A DNA stretch of 64,000 nucleotides. It comes from an uncultured Candidatus Saccharibacteria bacterium (GTDB taxonomy: Bacteria; Patescibacteriota; Minisyncoccia; UBA6257; 2-01-FULL-56-20). The position numbers and the translations under genes are program-made. Below the pieces are notes generated by a model. The model saw only the letters and a program-made list of their open reading frames with translations, was not told the DNA's origin and made no database searches. The stretch lies in the NCBI GenBank assembly GCA_964360585.1, contig CAYHXC010000004.1, positions 15,366-79,365 on the forward strand, given 5' to 3'. Shown in pieces: positions 9,589-18,613 of this stretch (position 1 is its first letter; each line of letters begins with the position of its first letter).

Positions 9589-10521
9589 ATGAACAAAAAA
9601 ACATTTATCGTTTCGTTACTCGCAGTAGCCGTCCTCGTCGGATCTCAGGCTGTCCTTGCGAAAGAGCAAGTAGCGCACAAAGAAAATAAAAAAAGTGAAT
9701 CACATCAAGAAGTGAAAGCGCATACTTCTGTTGCGCCTTCAATTCCCTCCAATACTTCCTTAGAAATTGGACAAAATGGTCGAGTCAACATATCCGATGC
9801 ACGCGTCATGAACATTTCTGGATCAGTCATAACAGCCACGACCAGTTGGGGTGGATTCACCATGGTCTGGACGATCAACGTGAATGGCAATACAAACTTC
9901 AACGCTCGCTATGGCGGAGTCTTGAATCTCGAGAATATTGCTCCCGGCGATCACATTAGTGTCAAGGCGACGATTACCGGAAACGGCCCGACAGTGCTCG
10001 CCTCGGCCATCACCGATCTCTCGATGCAACGTCGAAACGCTACCTTCTTGGGAACCATTACGAGTATTAATTCGGGAGCACAGAGTTTTGTGGTGAATAC
10101 GAAAGAGCGTGGTTCGCAAACAATTCTTGTTTCCTCGTCGACTAAGTTTTTGGGAACGCTCAACAACTTTTCTGCTCTGACTATCGGAGCCAAGGTGCAG
10201 ACGAGTGGTATCTGGAACTCAGATCAGAACTCGCTTCAAGCCGCTCATGTTTTGATCTCCAAAGAGAAACAGAACGAAGAGCGTGTTTTCCAGGGAACGA
10301 TCAAATCAGTGAATGCCTCCACGACACCGCAAACAGTTGTGGTGCACATTGAAAACAGTGATCAGACAGTTACGCTTGCCGCTGACACGGTGATTCTCAA
10401 TTTCTCCTGGCAGCATGTACCGCTTACTGCCTTCAAAGTAGGGGATATACTTCGTGTCTATGGTATCGGCCAGGATCTTTCGATCGGCGCCACCGTGGTT
10501 CGAGATATTAGTCTGAAATAG
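9589..10521 (+). CDS. secreted protein with repeated beta-rich domains
   Basis: signal peptide MNKKTFIVSLLAVAVLVGSQAVLA; internal repeats (ISGSVITAT / ITSINSGAQ / IKSVNAST). Confidence 0.5.
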   Translation: MNKKTFIVSLLAVAVLVGSQAVLAKEQVAHKENKKSESHQEVKAHTSVAPSIPSNTSLEIGQNGRVNISDARVMNISGSVITATTSWGGFTMVWTINVNGNTNFNARYGGVLNLENIAPGDHISVKATITGNGPTVLASAITDLSMQRRNATFLGTITSINSGAQSFVVNTKERGSQTILVSSSTKFLGTLNNFSALTIGAKVQTSGIWNSDQNSLQAAHVLISKEKQNEERVFQGTIKSVNASTTPQTVVVHIENSDQTVTLAADTVILNFSWQHVPLTAFKVGDILRVYGIGQDLSIGATVVRDISLK

Positions 10522-10532
10522 GAGAAAGTGTG

Positions 10533-10562
10533 AATCAAAAAACGGCCTTCGGGCCGTTTTTG
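10533..10562 (+). terminator. rho-independent terminator
   Basis: AAAAACGGCCTTCGGGCCGTTTTTGC. Confidence 0.75.
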
Positions 10563-10589
10563 CTTTTTACATCAAAAGGGTAGATCGAC

Positions 10590-10717
10590 AAATTCGAAGT
10601 CCTAAATACGAAACTCGAAACAATAATCAATGCTCAAGTTTTCAAATATTTTTAAACTTTTAGAATTTTCTTTCAAGCGAATTGTTTCGGATTTCGAAAT
10701 TCGATTTTCGTGTTTCA
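10590..10717. repeat. MITE-like TCGAAA-rich element, copy 1
   Basis: inverted ends CGAAACTCGAAACA ... TGTTTCGGATTTCGA; related copies at 39305-39432 and 51202-51247. Confidence 0.55.
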
Positions 10718-10845
10718 GTAAACAAAATAGCCTTTTATCTGGGGGCAATCCCGCAAGCGGGAGATCTTTTGCAAAATAAAATTGTTGCAAAAGGATAGAA
10801 TTACTTCGAGGAGAGATCTCGCCGAAGCCAGACCGTCCTAAGACT

Positions 10846-10985
10846 AAAAGGAATTCCCGCCTCCTTATATGAGGAAGGGGTTAGGGTTTAGGGAATAGGG
10901 GTTAGTAAATGCAAGATTGCATCCACTCTACCCCAAACCCTATCCGCTATACCCTTGTCTCATATAAGGAGGCCACCCCCAGATG
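10846..10985. repeat. long imperfect palindrome with telomere-like G-tracts
   Basis: outer inverted repeat CCTCCTTATATGAG...CTCATATAAGGAGG; core GGGGTTAGGGTTTAGGGAATAGGGG (four G-tracts) and central ATGCAAGATTGCAT palindrome. Confidence 0.55.
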
Positions 10986-11228
10986 AAAAGCTACTATTCA
11001 ATTGATGCCCTATTATATGCGATAAGTCAGCATTTGTCAAGTGCCGGTTCCTCCCCAGTTTTGAGGAGAAACGACCTGTCCCGCCATAGCTTTAGCGGCG
11101 GCGGACAAGAATCAATAATGCCTTAGGTCAAAAAAGGAGTCAAGGCAAGTTCGGGATAACCTCTGTATAGGCAGTGGATAAGGCGTTTTCCGGTTATTTA
11201 TGAAAAGCGCATGTTAGAATGACATACT

Positions 11229-11795
11229 ATGGGATTTGATTCATTACCAAAGAATGAAGGAGATATTTCAGAGGCTGATTTAGAAGCACTGAGACAGGAA
11301 CTGGTTCCCATTTTTGATCCGCGATTTTCCACGGCTGGGCATGGGACGAATTTGGAGGCGGCTGAACAGGCCATTCAGGAAGGTTTGTATGCTCGGCAAG
11401 CTCCGAGTTTGGAAACAACTGCTCTGGGACTTGAGGATAATGATAAAGATTTAAAAAAGATTCTTGCATGGCCGCACGGAAAGCCGCAAGCCATTGTCAT
11501 CATTATGCTTCCACGAGACATGGAACGAACTTACGGTGGAGTGGGCCCCGAGGAACACTTGTGGGAAAGTTCTAATAACGAGTTGAATCCCTACCGCCTA
11601 CCGAAAAAATATATTAAGGGGTACATAAACATAGAAGAAAGAAAGTTAGTTCTCAATCCTGCCTTTGAAGAAAACCCAACGATGCCCCCTCCCATCCTCC
11701 ATAATGCTGACATTTCAAAAATAGGAAGAACCTCAGATACGCCAGTAGAAATTCCTAAGGCTAATTCAGGTGATTCTGGTGAGGACGTTTGGTAG
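11229..11795 (+). CDS. hypothetical protein
   Basis: 188 aa ORF, acidic, no motif. Confidence 0.4.
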   Translation: MGFDSLPKNEGDISEADLEALRQELVPIFDPRFSTAGHGTNLEAAEQAIQEGLYARQAPSLETTALGLEDNDKDLKKILAWPHGKPQAIVIIMLPRDMERTYGGVGPEEHLWESSNNELNPYRLPKKYIKGYINIEERKLVLNPAFEENPTMPPPILHNADISKIGRTSDTPVEIPKANSGDSGEDVW

Positions 11796-11808
11796 GCTTT
11801 TTTGTAAT

Positions 11809-12234
11809 TTAGCCCTCAGGGTTTATAGAAAGGAGTTGAGAAGACTTTTCAATCTCTTCTTGTGATAAATCTTCCCAAAGGTCGCTAATCTGTGTTTTTT
11901 TGTGGAGGGGGTCGTTCGCCTCTCGAGGATGGAGATGGAAGTGGAGATGGCTTACCTTTACACGTCCTTGCGGAATAAAAGGCCGATAGTTCTGCCGGAT
12001 ATCGCAACCAGGGGCTATGTGCTTCAAAGTTTTCTCTTCGAATTCAATTAATAACTCCATGATCTCTTTCCGTTCCGCTTCGGTGGTTTCTGATAATTTT
12101 TCCAGGTGTCGTTTGGGGATTACGAGTAGATGCCCGGACATGAGTCGGGGATTTGAAAGACAAACATAGGCCAGTGCGCCTTCTTTTAAAATCCGGGTTC
12201 TGGTGAGATCGAGATCACAGAATGGGCAGTCCAT
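11809..12234 (-). CDS. HIT-family (histidine triad) hydrolase
   Basis: HIT motif HLHFHLHPR; 141 aa. Confidence 0.75.
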   Translation of the reverse strand: MDCPFCDLDLTRTRILKEGALAYVCLSNPRLMSGHLLVIPKRHLEKLSETTEAERKEIMELLIEFEEKTLKHIAPGCDIRQNYRPFIPQGRVKVSHLHFHLHPREANDPLHKKTQISDLWEDLSQEEIEKSSQLLSINPEG

Positions 12235-12317
12235 TTTTGGATGATACCATAAAGCCGATCCAAGTTTACAAAGACAGGAGAGAGTGTTATTTCTTGGAGT
12301 AGTAGGAAGGGATAGTC

Positions 12318-12638
12318 ATGGGAAAACAAGAACGTGTCTGTGGTAGTTGCACTGCCTGTTGTAAAACTCATCCTGTTTTCGAACTGTTCAAGCTTTGGAA
12401 CGCATGGTGCACAGAATGCCAGGTTGGCAGGGGCTGTCGTATTTACTCCAATCGTCCGAAAGGGTGTCAAGATTTTCAGTGCCAGTGGCTTATGGGATGG
12501 GGCAAGGATGATGAGCGGCCCGATCGGACAAAGTTAGTTCCCGACTTCATTGAGCTTGGAGAACTTGGGTTAACTCTTATGCTCCATGAAGTTACAGAAG
12601 GATCTCTCTTAAATGGCTTTGCGAGGAGATGCTGGTAA
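12318..12638 (+). CDS. Cys-rich YkgJ/UPF0153-like zinc/iron-chelating domain protein (possibly frameshifted)
   Basis: CGSCTACCKTHP (CxxCxxCC) plus additional Cys pairs; ORF stops 10 nt after an overlapping ATG of the next ORF. Confidence 0.5.
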   Translation: MGKQERVCGSCTACCKTHPVFELFKLWNAWCTECQVGRGCRIYSNRPKGCQDFQCQWLMGWGKDDERPDRTKLVPDFIELGELGLTLMLHEVTEGSLLNGFARRCW

Positions 12639-12844
12639 TGACCTGCCGTGGCGAGAACTGTTCGGTGCTACACCTCTTTGAAGAGAGAATCCCGCAGCCA
12701 TACTTGAGTATTGGGGATTGGAATGCCTTCTTGGGCAAGCGTGTCCAGAGTAGTTGGAAGCTACCGATGCTTGACCGGGTTTTCACTGACTACCAAGAGG
12801 CGCTCCTTGCAGTGTTCAAGGGGATTTATGCTGGTCGTGCTTAG
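12629..12844 (+). CDS. hypothetical ORF, possibly the frameshifted C-terminal part of the YkgJ-like gene
   Basis: overlaps the upstream ORF by 10 nt in the +1 frame; ends at the island boundary. Confidence 0.25.
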   Translation: MLVMTCRGENCSVLHLFEERIPQPYLSIGDWNAFLGKRVQSSWKLPMLDRVFTDYQEALLAVFKGIYAGRA

Positions 12845-12848
12845 CCAA

Positions 12849-13520
12849 TCAAATCTCCACCCAATCTCGGAACTGCCCGATTGTCTTGGCGCCAAGGGTG
12901 TAGTGCCGCACTAGCGGGCAGCGGACCCAGTCGGCTTTTAACGGAAAGCGGGCATGGATATTGTGATAGACCGTCAGTCCGAGTTGGGGAGCGTCACCGT
13001 CCCAGAGGACGCCAATAGCACTAAGAGAGGTATTGGCGCTTGGTGTCACTCTCTTTTTGCCGCGTGGTGCGAAGTCGCGCTCCAGTACCGTTGGCGTCTG
13101 GCAGTTGGTAGCTATCGTAAAGGCCTCAAGACCGTACATAGCCGTCTTGATCGCGTAGGGGTCAGTATGGCGACATGTGAGCTTTGCCACGTTGTTGTAG
13201 AGAACGAGCAGCGTGGGCGATACTCCTTTTGCAAGAGTTCGCAGCTGGCGGGCTCCTTTATCAATTTTCTTTCGAGCGCGGTCGCCGGGTTCACCGCCAA
13301 AGACACCAGTTGACCCTCTTAGCTCCAGTTCCTCAATCAGCCGTTGCTCCTCGACTGTAGGATCGAACTGCTTGACCTCAGCGATCACTCGTTCGCCAGA
13401 CAAAACAAGTTCGTAGTCAGGACGCTCCTCTCCCTCATCTTCCGCGGTCTCAATGCGTCTCCAACGGACGTTGTTGCGGTCACAGAACTCCTCGAAGAGT
13501 TGTTCAGATTTGGTTGGCAT
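12849..13520 (-). CDS. PD-(D/E)xK nuclease-like protein (restriction endonuclease fold)
   Basis: RPDYELVLSGERVIAEVKQFD matches the PD...(E)xK core; last gene of a 3-gene overlapping operon. Confidence 0.4.
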   Translation of the reverse strand: MPTKSEQLFEEFCDRNNVRWRRIETAEDEGEERPDYELVLSGERVIAEVKQFDPTVEEQRLIEELELRGSTGVFGGEPGDRARKKIDKGARQLRTLAKGVSPTLLVLYNNVAKLTCRHTDPYAIKTAMYGLEAFTIATNCQTPTVLERDFAPRGKKRVTPSANTSLSAIGVLWDGDAPQLGLTVYHNIHARFPLKADWVRCPLVRHYTLGAKTIGQFRDWVEI

Positions 13521-14355
13521 GTTGACCGTGTGGCGCGGCGCCCCGCGAGTCTTTCGTGACCGCGAGAAACACTAGGCGTTCGTAGAATGCGAGTACCCAG
13601 GCCATGTGGTGAGGATGAGCTGGGTCAAATGTGTAGAATGCATACAGGAAGGCGGAGTCTCCGATGAAACGAGACTGCCCGTCGTTTAGGACCTGCTGCG
13701 TTATGGCCGCCACGCGATGGACGGTTTCTTCGCTGCGGATCGCTGGCGGATGAAAATGCACGATTTTCACCGAGATATCCTGCGGCAGGATCGTTCGCGT
13801 TTCATGGAAAAACAGCCCTCTGATTATTCTCTCCATAACGCGGTTCACACGCACATAGTCGACCTTATAGCCGACCTCCGTGCCCAGCAGGATGCCCGAG
13901 CGTGTCCATTGATCCACAAAGCGCAGACTCCCACTGAATGCCTTCCTAAAACCTGCCTTCCGCGCGTTACTCAAAGCCGAAAGGACGCTCTCGCGTGCAC
14001 GGAGCGCGACGGGATGTTCCCCCGCTTCTCGACTCAGGGTGAGAATCAGACAGAGGTACTCATCGTCCTTGGACGCGTTGCCATTGCACGTCCGGCACGC
14101 TGGCACACAGACCAAATCTCGTTGTGCGACCTTAGGCAGTGTGCACTGAGGCGGCAGATGATCGGCCGTCAACTGCGTGTTACCACCGCAGTAAACGCAC
14201 TGGTCGCTCAGCCAGCGCCGCCTGTAGTGCCTCCTCTTCCCCACGACCACCTCGTTGGTTAGAGAATACCATCCTCGAGAAGTCCAGCAAAGATCATCGG
14301 CCTTCTGGCGTGAGCGAGACCAGTCAGTCGGCCTTGCCAGACTTTCTGCGGTCAC
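13504..14355 (-). CDS. HNH endonuclease domain protein with extended C-terminal domain
   Basis: CVYCGG...TADHLPP...CRTCNGN (CxxC-DH-CxxCN HNH signature); overlaps neighbours by 17 and 32 nt. Confidence 0.55.
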   Translation of the reverse strand: MTAESLARPTDWSRSRQKADDLCWTSRGWYSLTNEVVVGKRRHYRRRWLSDQCVYCGGNTQLTADHLPPQCTLPKVAQRDLVCVPACRTCNGNASKDDEYLCLILTLSREAGEHPVALRARESVLSALSNARKAGFRKAFSGSLRFVDQWTRSGILLGTEVGYKVDYVRVNRVMERIIRGLFFHETRTILPQDISVKIVHFHPPAIRSEETVHRVAAITQQVLNDGQSRFIGDSAFLYAFYTFDPAHPHHMAWVLAFYERLVFLAVTKDSRGAAPHGQHANQI

Positions 14356-15556
14356 GCGCCTCTACTGCCTGAATCAGTGAACGAAGATGTTCGTGCAACC
14401 GCTGCCTTTCCCCAGGAGACATGCTCGCTTCGTCTGCCGAACGTGGCCGCATGTGCCGCTCCCATAGTTTGCACGTGATCGAGTCCTCTTGGGGCGGCGG
14501 GTACCAACCATATTCCCCTTGTCGCTGCCGCCTTTGCTCGTCGCTTAGGCTCTGCCACTCAGCCGCCATCGCGCGGAGGTCCCGCTTTAGCTCTGTCGCT
14601 TGGACAAACTCTTGGTCCTCACGAAGGAAGAGCTTGGCTAGGTCGGCGTGCAGCTTGTCGCCAGAGACGAATGCCATGCAGAAGGGAAGGTAGAAGCAGT
14701 ACTCCAGATCGAGGCGGTTTGTCCGTCTGGTTCCGATCAGTCGGTCGCGGAGGGCGATGATGAAGGACAGCTCGACACGGAGGCAGTACGCTGCGTACGG
14801 TGCAAAGCGATCAAGGTAGGTAGCGCCTGACTCAACCCACCGCATCTTGATGGCATCCCGTGCGCTCGCCGGTAGGTCGTGCTCTTCGAGCAGCCATTCC
14901 AGCAAGGCCTGCTGGATGGTCAATTGCGCAAGGAGGTTATCCAAGGCCTCACGAACCTGGGTGAGGGAGGAACAGGACGGAATGACTAGGTACGCCCGTT
15001 TGAGGCGATCACGATGCACAGTAAGATCTATTTCCGCAGTCGTGCGTCGCCAACGACTTGCCAATGCCTCCTCTGCTTCCTCGAACATTCCATCCTGCCA
15101 TCGCATGATGGCCCAGCGCTCCGGTGGGGTATCGATGAAGACGCCTGCTTGACCGTCCGCGGTGTGAATAGGTTCGCCCCCGCCAACCACACAGCTCCCC
15201 TGCATTGGCACAAGATTGCCCAGTAACGACCCAGCGCAGAGGGTACGGTAGTCCGCATTGATGCCGGAGTCTCCCTCGCGGAGCTTCCGAGCGAGACGCA
15301 CTACTTCACCGGCCGAGAGCAACTGTGAACGTTCAATCTTCTTTAGGTCCGCGAGGATCTCCATGATTAGAATCGGGACGACGTTCACGTAGTAGTGCTT
15401 CTGAAGGAAGTCGATTTCCTCTCCAGAAAGCCCCTGCAGCGCTGACTTGTCCAGGATTACGATGGGACCCATGGGCAGCGCCATGATAGCGCGCGGTGAC
15501 GCACATGGCAGCCCGTCACCGGCACCATGCATTTTGACTTTCGTCGAAGAAGCCAC
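14324..15556 (-). CDS. hypothetical 410-aa protein (first gene of HNH/PD-(D/E)xK operon)
   Basis: long GC-rich ORF, no recognisable motif; likely start at MGPIVILDK. Confidence 0.4.
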   Translation of the reverse strand: MASSTKVKMHGAGDGLPCASPRAIMALPMGPIVILDKSALQGLSGEEIDFLQKHYYVNVVPILIMEILADLKKIERSQLLSAGEVVRLARKLREGDSGINADYRTLCAGSLLGNLVPMQGSCVVGGGEPIHTADGQAGVFIDTPPERWAIMRWQDGMFEEAEEALASRWRRTTAEIDLTVHRDRLKRAYLVIPSCSSLTQVREALDNLLAQLTIQQALLEWLLEEHDLPASARDAIKMRWVESGATYLDRFAPYAAYCLRVELSFIIALRDRLIGTRRTNRLDLEYCFYLPFCMAFVSGDKLHADLAKLFLREDQEFVQATELKRDLRAMAAEWQSLSDEQRRQRQGEYGWYPPPQEDSITCKLWERHMRPRSADEASMSPGERQRLHEHLRSLIQAVEARDRRKSGKAD

Positions 15557-15636
15557 GGAGCTGAGACCTCGTCAGCGAACCGGAGATCGGCGCCGACAGT
15601 TGCCGGCGACGCGGCTTTCGCCGATGATGCTCTGCT

Positions 15637-16599
15637 ATGCGCGGCCACCAAACTAACAAGGCGCTGGAAAGAGAGCGCCAAGCCATCGTGGACTACATGG
15701 CAATGTCAGCCCCCGACGAACGCGCCGAAAGCTTGGAGAAGATTAAGTCCGAACTGGTTCTCGGTCGACAGATTGACGCGTGGGACGTCCACACCGACCG
15801 CGAGCGATGGTGGGTCCTGACGGCGCCGATCAACTTGTACAATCAGAAGCAGTTTCCAAGTCTCGACGTCGCCTTCTCGTTCCATGTTGGATTGATGGCT
15901 CGCGTGATGGAGCACGGCGATCGGACAGCCCGACCCGAGCAGGCCGCACGGTTCACGCGTGCGTGGCGCACTTGGGAGGGCGCTGCCAATGCTCTCGATG
16001 AGGCGGATGCGACAGAGGAGTTTCAGGCGATCGGGATGCGGTGCCGAGAGAGTCTTCTTGCGTTCGTGCGGGAAGTGGCAAAGGTTGCGCACATCGATGG
16101 CACGCCGCCCAAGGCGGCCGACTTCGTCGGCTGGTCTGACGTGTTGGCCAACACGATTGCCCCAAGCGACGGCGCCGAACGACGGCGTGGCTATTTGAAA
16201 GCGATCGCCAAATCGACCTGGGAGCTCGTGAACTGGCTCACTCACTCTTCGAGCGCTACCCGATACGACGCCCACTTCTGCATCGAGGCGACGGAGCACG
16301 CTCTTCGCACGTGGTCTCTGGCGATCCTGCGGCACGAAGTGGGGGTTCCCGAGCGTTGCCCGAACTGTAGCTCCTATCGACTGACCTCATGTTCTCACCC
16401 AATCGGAAAGGGAGTTGTCCAGCACTTCACTTCCTGCGACGTGTGCGACTGGCAAAGCGATCCTGAACACCGGCGTGCACACGGAGGCAAGGAAGAGTCG
16501 CACCACCGCCGAAAACGCAAGCCGACGACACCGTGCGTGTTCGTCGATGTCCCATTGGTAGGCAACCCACCGCCGCCTCCGACGAGGACACGTAGGTAG
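15637..16599 (+). CDS. hypothetical protein with C-terminal Cys4 zinc ribbon
   Basis: CPNCSSYRL...CDVCDW; divergent from the nuclease operon. Confidence 0.4.
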   Translation: MRGHQTNKALERERQAIVDYMAMSAPDERAESLEKIKSELVLGRQIDAWDVHTDRERWWVLTAPINLYNQKQFPSLDVAFSFHVGLMARVMEHGDRTARPEQAARFTRAWRTWEGAANALDEADATEEFQAIGMRCRESLLAFVREVAKVAHIDGTPPKAADFVGWSDVLANTIAPSDGAERRRGYLKAIAKSTWELVNWLTHSSSATRYDAHFCIEATEHALRTWSLAILRHEVGVPERCPNCSSYRLTSCSHPIGKGVVQHFTSCDVCDWQSDPEHRRAHGGKEESHHRRKRKPTTPCVFVDVPLVGNPPPPPTRTRR

Positions 16600-16964
16600 C
16601 GCAGTCAAACATTGCTCGACAAGCTCCCCCACCGGAATGAAACCCGTTCCCATTAGTCAGCGCGGCAAGCTCGGTAACGCCGGCCGTGGATTCGGCCGCC
16701 GCGCGTACATTGCGCGGCTCCGCAAAGAGCTCAGGGACGGTTATCTCCGCGAGAATGAGACCAATCTTCAGCTTGCCAGCGAGTGGTTTCACCTCGATGA
16801 CGGGGCTGAACAAGACGTTGGACTGGGGATGAGCCCAGCATAGCCCAGGCGATCCACTCTTCCGAGCCGCAACGGTTGCCGTTTTTGCCTCGCGGCGTGC
16901 GGCCATGGCCGGGGCGGTGACGCTCAGGATTTGACGAATTGCGGTCAGTGAGTAGACTGAATTC

Positions 16965-17204
16965 ATGCCTCTCAATGTCACCAAGCAAACCGAGCAGGAG
17001 ATCGAAGAAAAGGTCCGTTCCGGCGGCTACCAGTCGGCCGATGAGCTCATCCAGGAAGGCCTGGCGCTGATCGAAGCGCGGGAAGCGTTCCGCCGAGCGG
17101 TCGCCGAAGGCCAGGCGGAGCTGGACCGCGGTGAGTACGTCACACGGGAAGAGTCGCGCCGGCGCATGGCCGAGCTCGCTGACCGTTACCGTCAGCGAGG
17201 ATGA
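16965..17204 (+). CDS. parD: ParD-family RHH antitoxin
   Basis: 79 aa, GGYQSADELIQEGLALIE motif of COG3609-type antitoxins; ATGA overlap with downstream toxin. Confidence 0.7.
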   Translation: MPLNVTKQTEQEIEEKVRSGGYQSADELIQEGLALIEAREAFRRAVAEGQAELDRGEYVTREESRRRMAELADRYRQRG

Positions 17205-17497
17205 GCCAGGCGTATCGGCTCGCCCCCCGCGCCCAGGCCGACGTCGAAGACATCTTCCGCAAAATCGCTGACGACGACTTCGAGGCTGCTCTCCGCGTTG
17301 ACCGAGAAATCGACGAAGCCTGTCTCCTGCTCTCCACGCACCCCCAGATGGGTCACACGCGAGAAGATCTCGGCATTGGCGCGACGTATCGCGTCTGGCC
17401 GATCTACTCCTACTTGATCATCTACCGCCCCGACTCTGATCCCCTCGAGATCGTCCGCGTCTGGCACGGCGCCCAGAAGAAGCCGAGCCTATTCTAG
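17201..17497 (+). CDS. parE: ParE/RelE-family toxin
   Basis: 98 aa, YRLAPRAQADVEDIF...YLIIYR...LEIVRVWHGA typical ParE. Confidence 0.75.
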   Translation: MSQAYRLAPRAQADVEDIFRKIADDDFEAALRVDREIDEACLLLSTHPQMGHTREDLGIGATYRVWPIYSYLIIYRPDSDPLEIVRVWHGAQKKPSLF

Positions 17498-17761
17498 AGC
17501 ATCGTATCATCGCGACGGCCGTCGTTTCCGAACTGCAACGGTTGCGGTTTTCGCGGGATCATCAGGGAAAATCCGGGACTTTTGGGGACTCCGCTTCTTC
17601 GGCGGCGACCCCTCTGGAACCGTTGAACCACAAGACTTTCCAGCGTTTTCTTCGCTCTCGATACCTTTGCACCCATCAACGCGGCTGCATACCAGATCGC
17701 TGGCTGGGGGTTATCGACCACACGTGGTCTCTTCTATACGCGCTCGATCATTCGAGGGATC

Positions 17762-18595
17762 TTGGTTCAATCTAATATTGTCACGCCGGAAGGTGATGGT
17801 ACCGTTATTGTCACGAGCGCGGAGGCAATGAAGGGCGCGACCAAGACGTATTACTTTGATATTTTTAGCTATAACCGCGCTGTGGATGAAAGAATTGATC
17901 ACGGTACGATCCTTAGTGCAAAGCACGTACAGGATCAGATTGTGGCACTTCTGAAAGGAAACGAGGCTCCTACTCACACGACGATTACGAGGCTCAAGCC
18001 GACACGACAATCTGTTACCCGCAAGGTAACAGCGCAGTCCCCAGTCTTACTGCATCTCTTTGACAGTTCAGGTCGCCATACTGGGCCACTGGGTGCACTG
18101 GGCGCGGAGGAGCAGATTCCCAACAGTCGATACGATCGCGGAACCGGGATCCAAACACTCTATTTCGACGATGCGGACACCTACAGCGTACAAATCGTAG
18201 GGACAGGAAGTGGGGTGGTTCACTTGACAGTCGAAGAATTGCTTGGCGAGGCTCTCGTCGAGACGGTAACGTATTCCGGCATTCCGGTGACTCCGGTATC
18301 GACCGCTCAATTTGATTTTGCGACGATGGCGGACTCCCACCGAGTCCACGTGGACGCGAACGGTGACGGCCGTGTGGACTTCGTGAGCCGACCGGATTCA
18401 GAGATGCTGCGAGGAGACCTCGATGGAGATCGAGACGTTGATCTTGTCGACCTCGGGTACGTTTTGGCGGTCCGGAATACGTCCGCGGTGGGGACGCGAG
18501 ATCCTCGGGATTTAGACAGTGACGGCAGGATAACAACCCTCGACGGGCGAAAACTGCAATTGCTTTGCACACGAGCAAGGTGTGCTGCGAACTAG
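17762..18595 (+). CDS. dockerin-domain surface protein
   Basis: C-terminal duplicated Ca-binding dockerin-type repeats DLDGDRDVDLVDLGYVLA and DLDSDGRITTLDGRKL. Confidence 0.5.
   Translation: MVQSNIVTPEGDGTVIVTSAEAMKGATKTYYFDIFSYNRAVDERIDHGTILSAKHVQDQIVALLKGNEAPTHTTITRLKPTRQSVTRKVTAQSPVLLHLFDSSGRHTGPLGALGAEEQIPNSRYDRGTGIQTLYFDDADTYSVQIVGTGSGVVHLTVEELLGEALVETVTYSGIPVTPVSTAQFDFATMADSHRVHVDANGDGRVDFVSRPDSEMLRGDLDGDRDVDLVDLGYVLAVRNTSAVGTRDPRDLDSDGRITTLDGRKLQLLCTRARCAAN
18036..18213. repeat. 178-bp exact direct repeat (copy 1; copy 2 at 18894-19071)
   Basis: identical nucleotide stretch inside two adjacent paralogous genes. Confidence 0.8.
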
Positions 18596-18613
18596 TATGC
18601 TATAATCCAATAC

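Noticed and set aside
13213-16335. Many 60-210-aa ORFs antisense to the island genes (e.g. 13717-14262, 15706-16335, 20606-21089)
   Set aside because: High-GC DNA produces long stop-free antisense frames. The sense-strand genes form a coherent overlapping operon.
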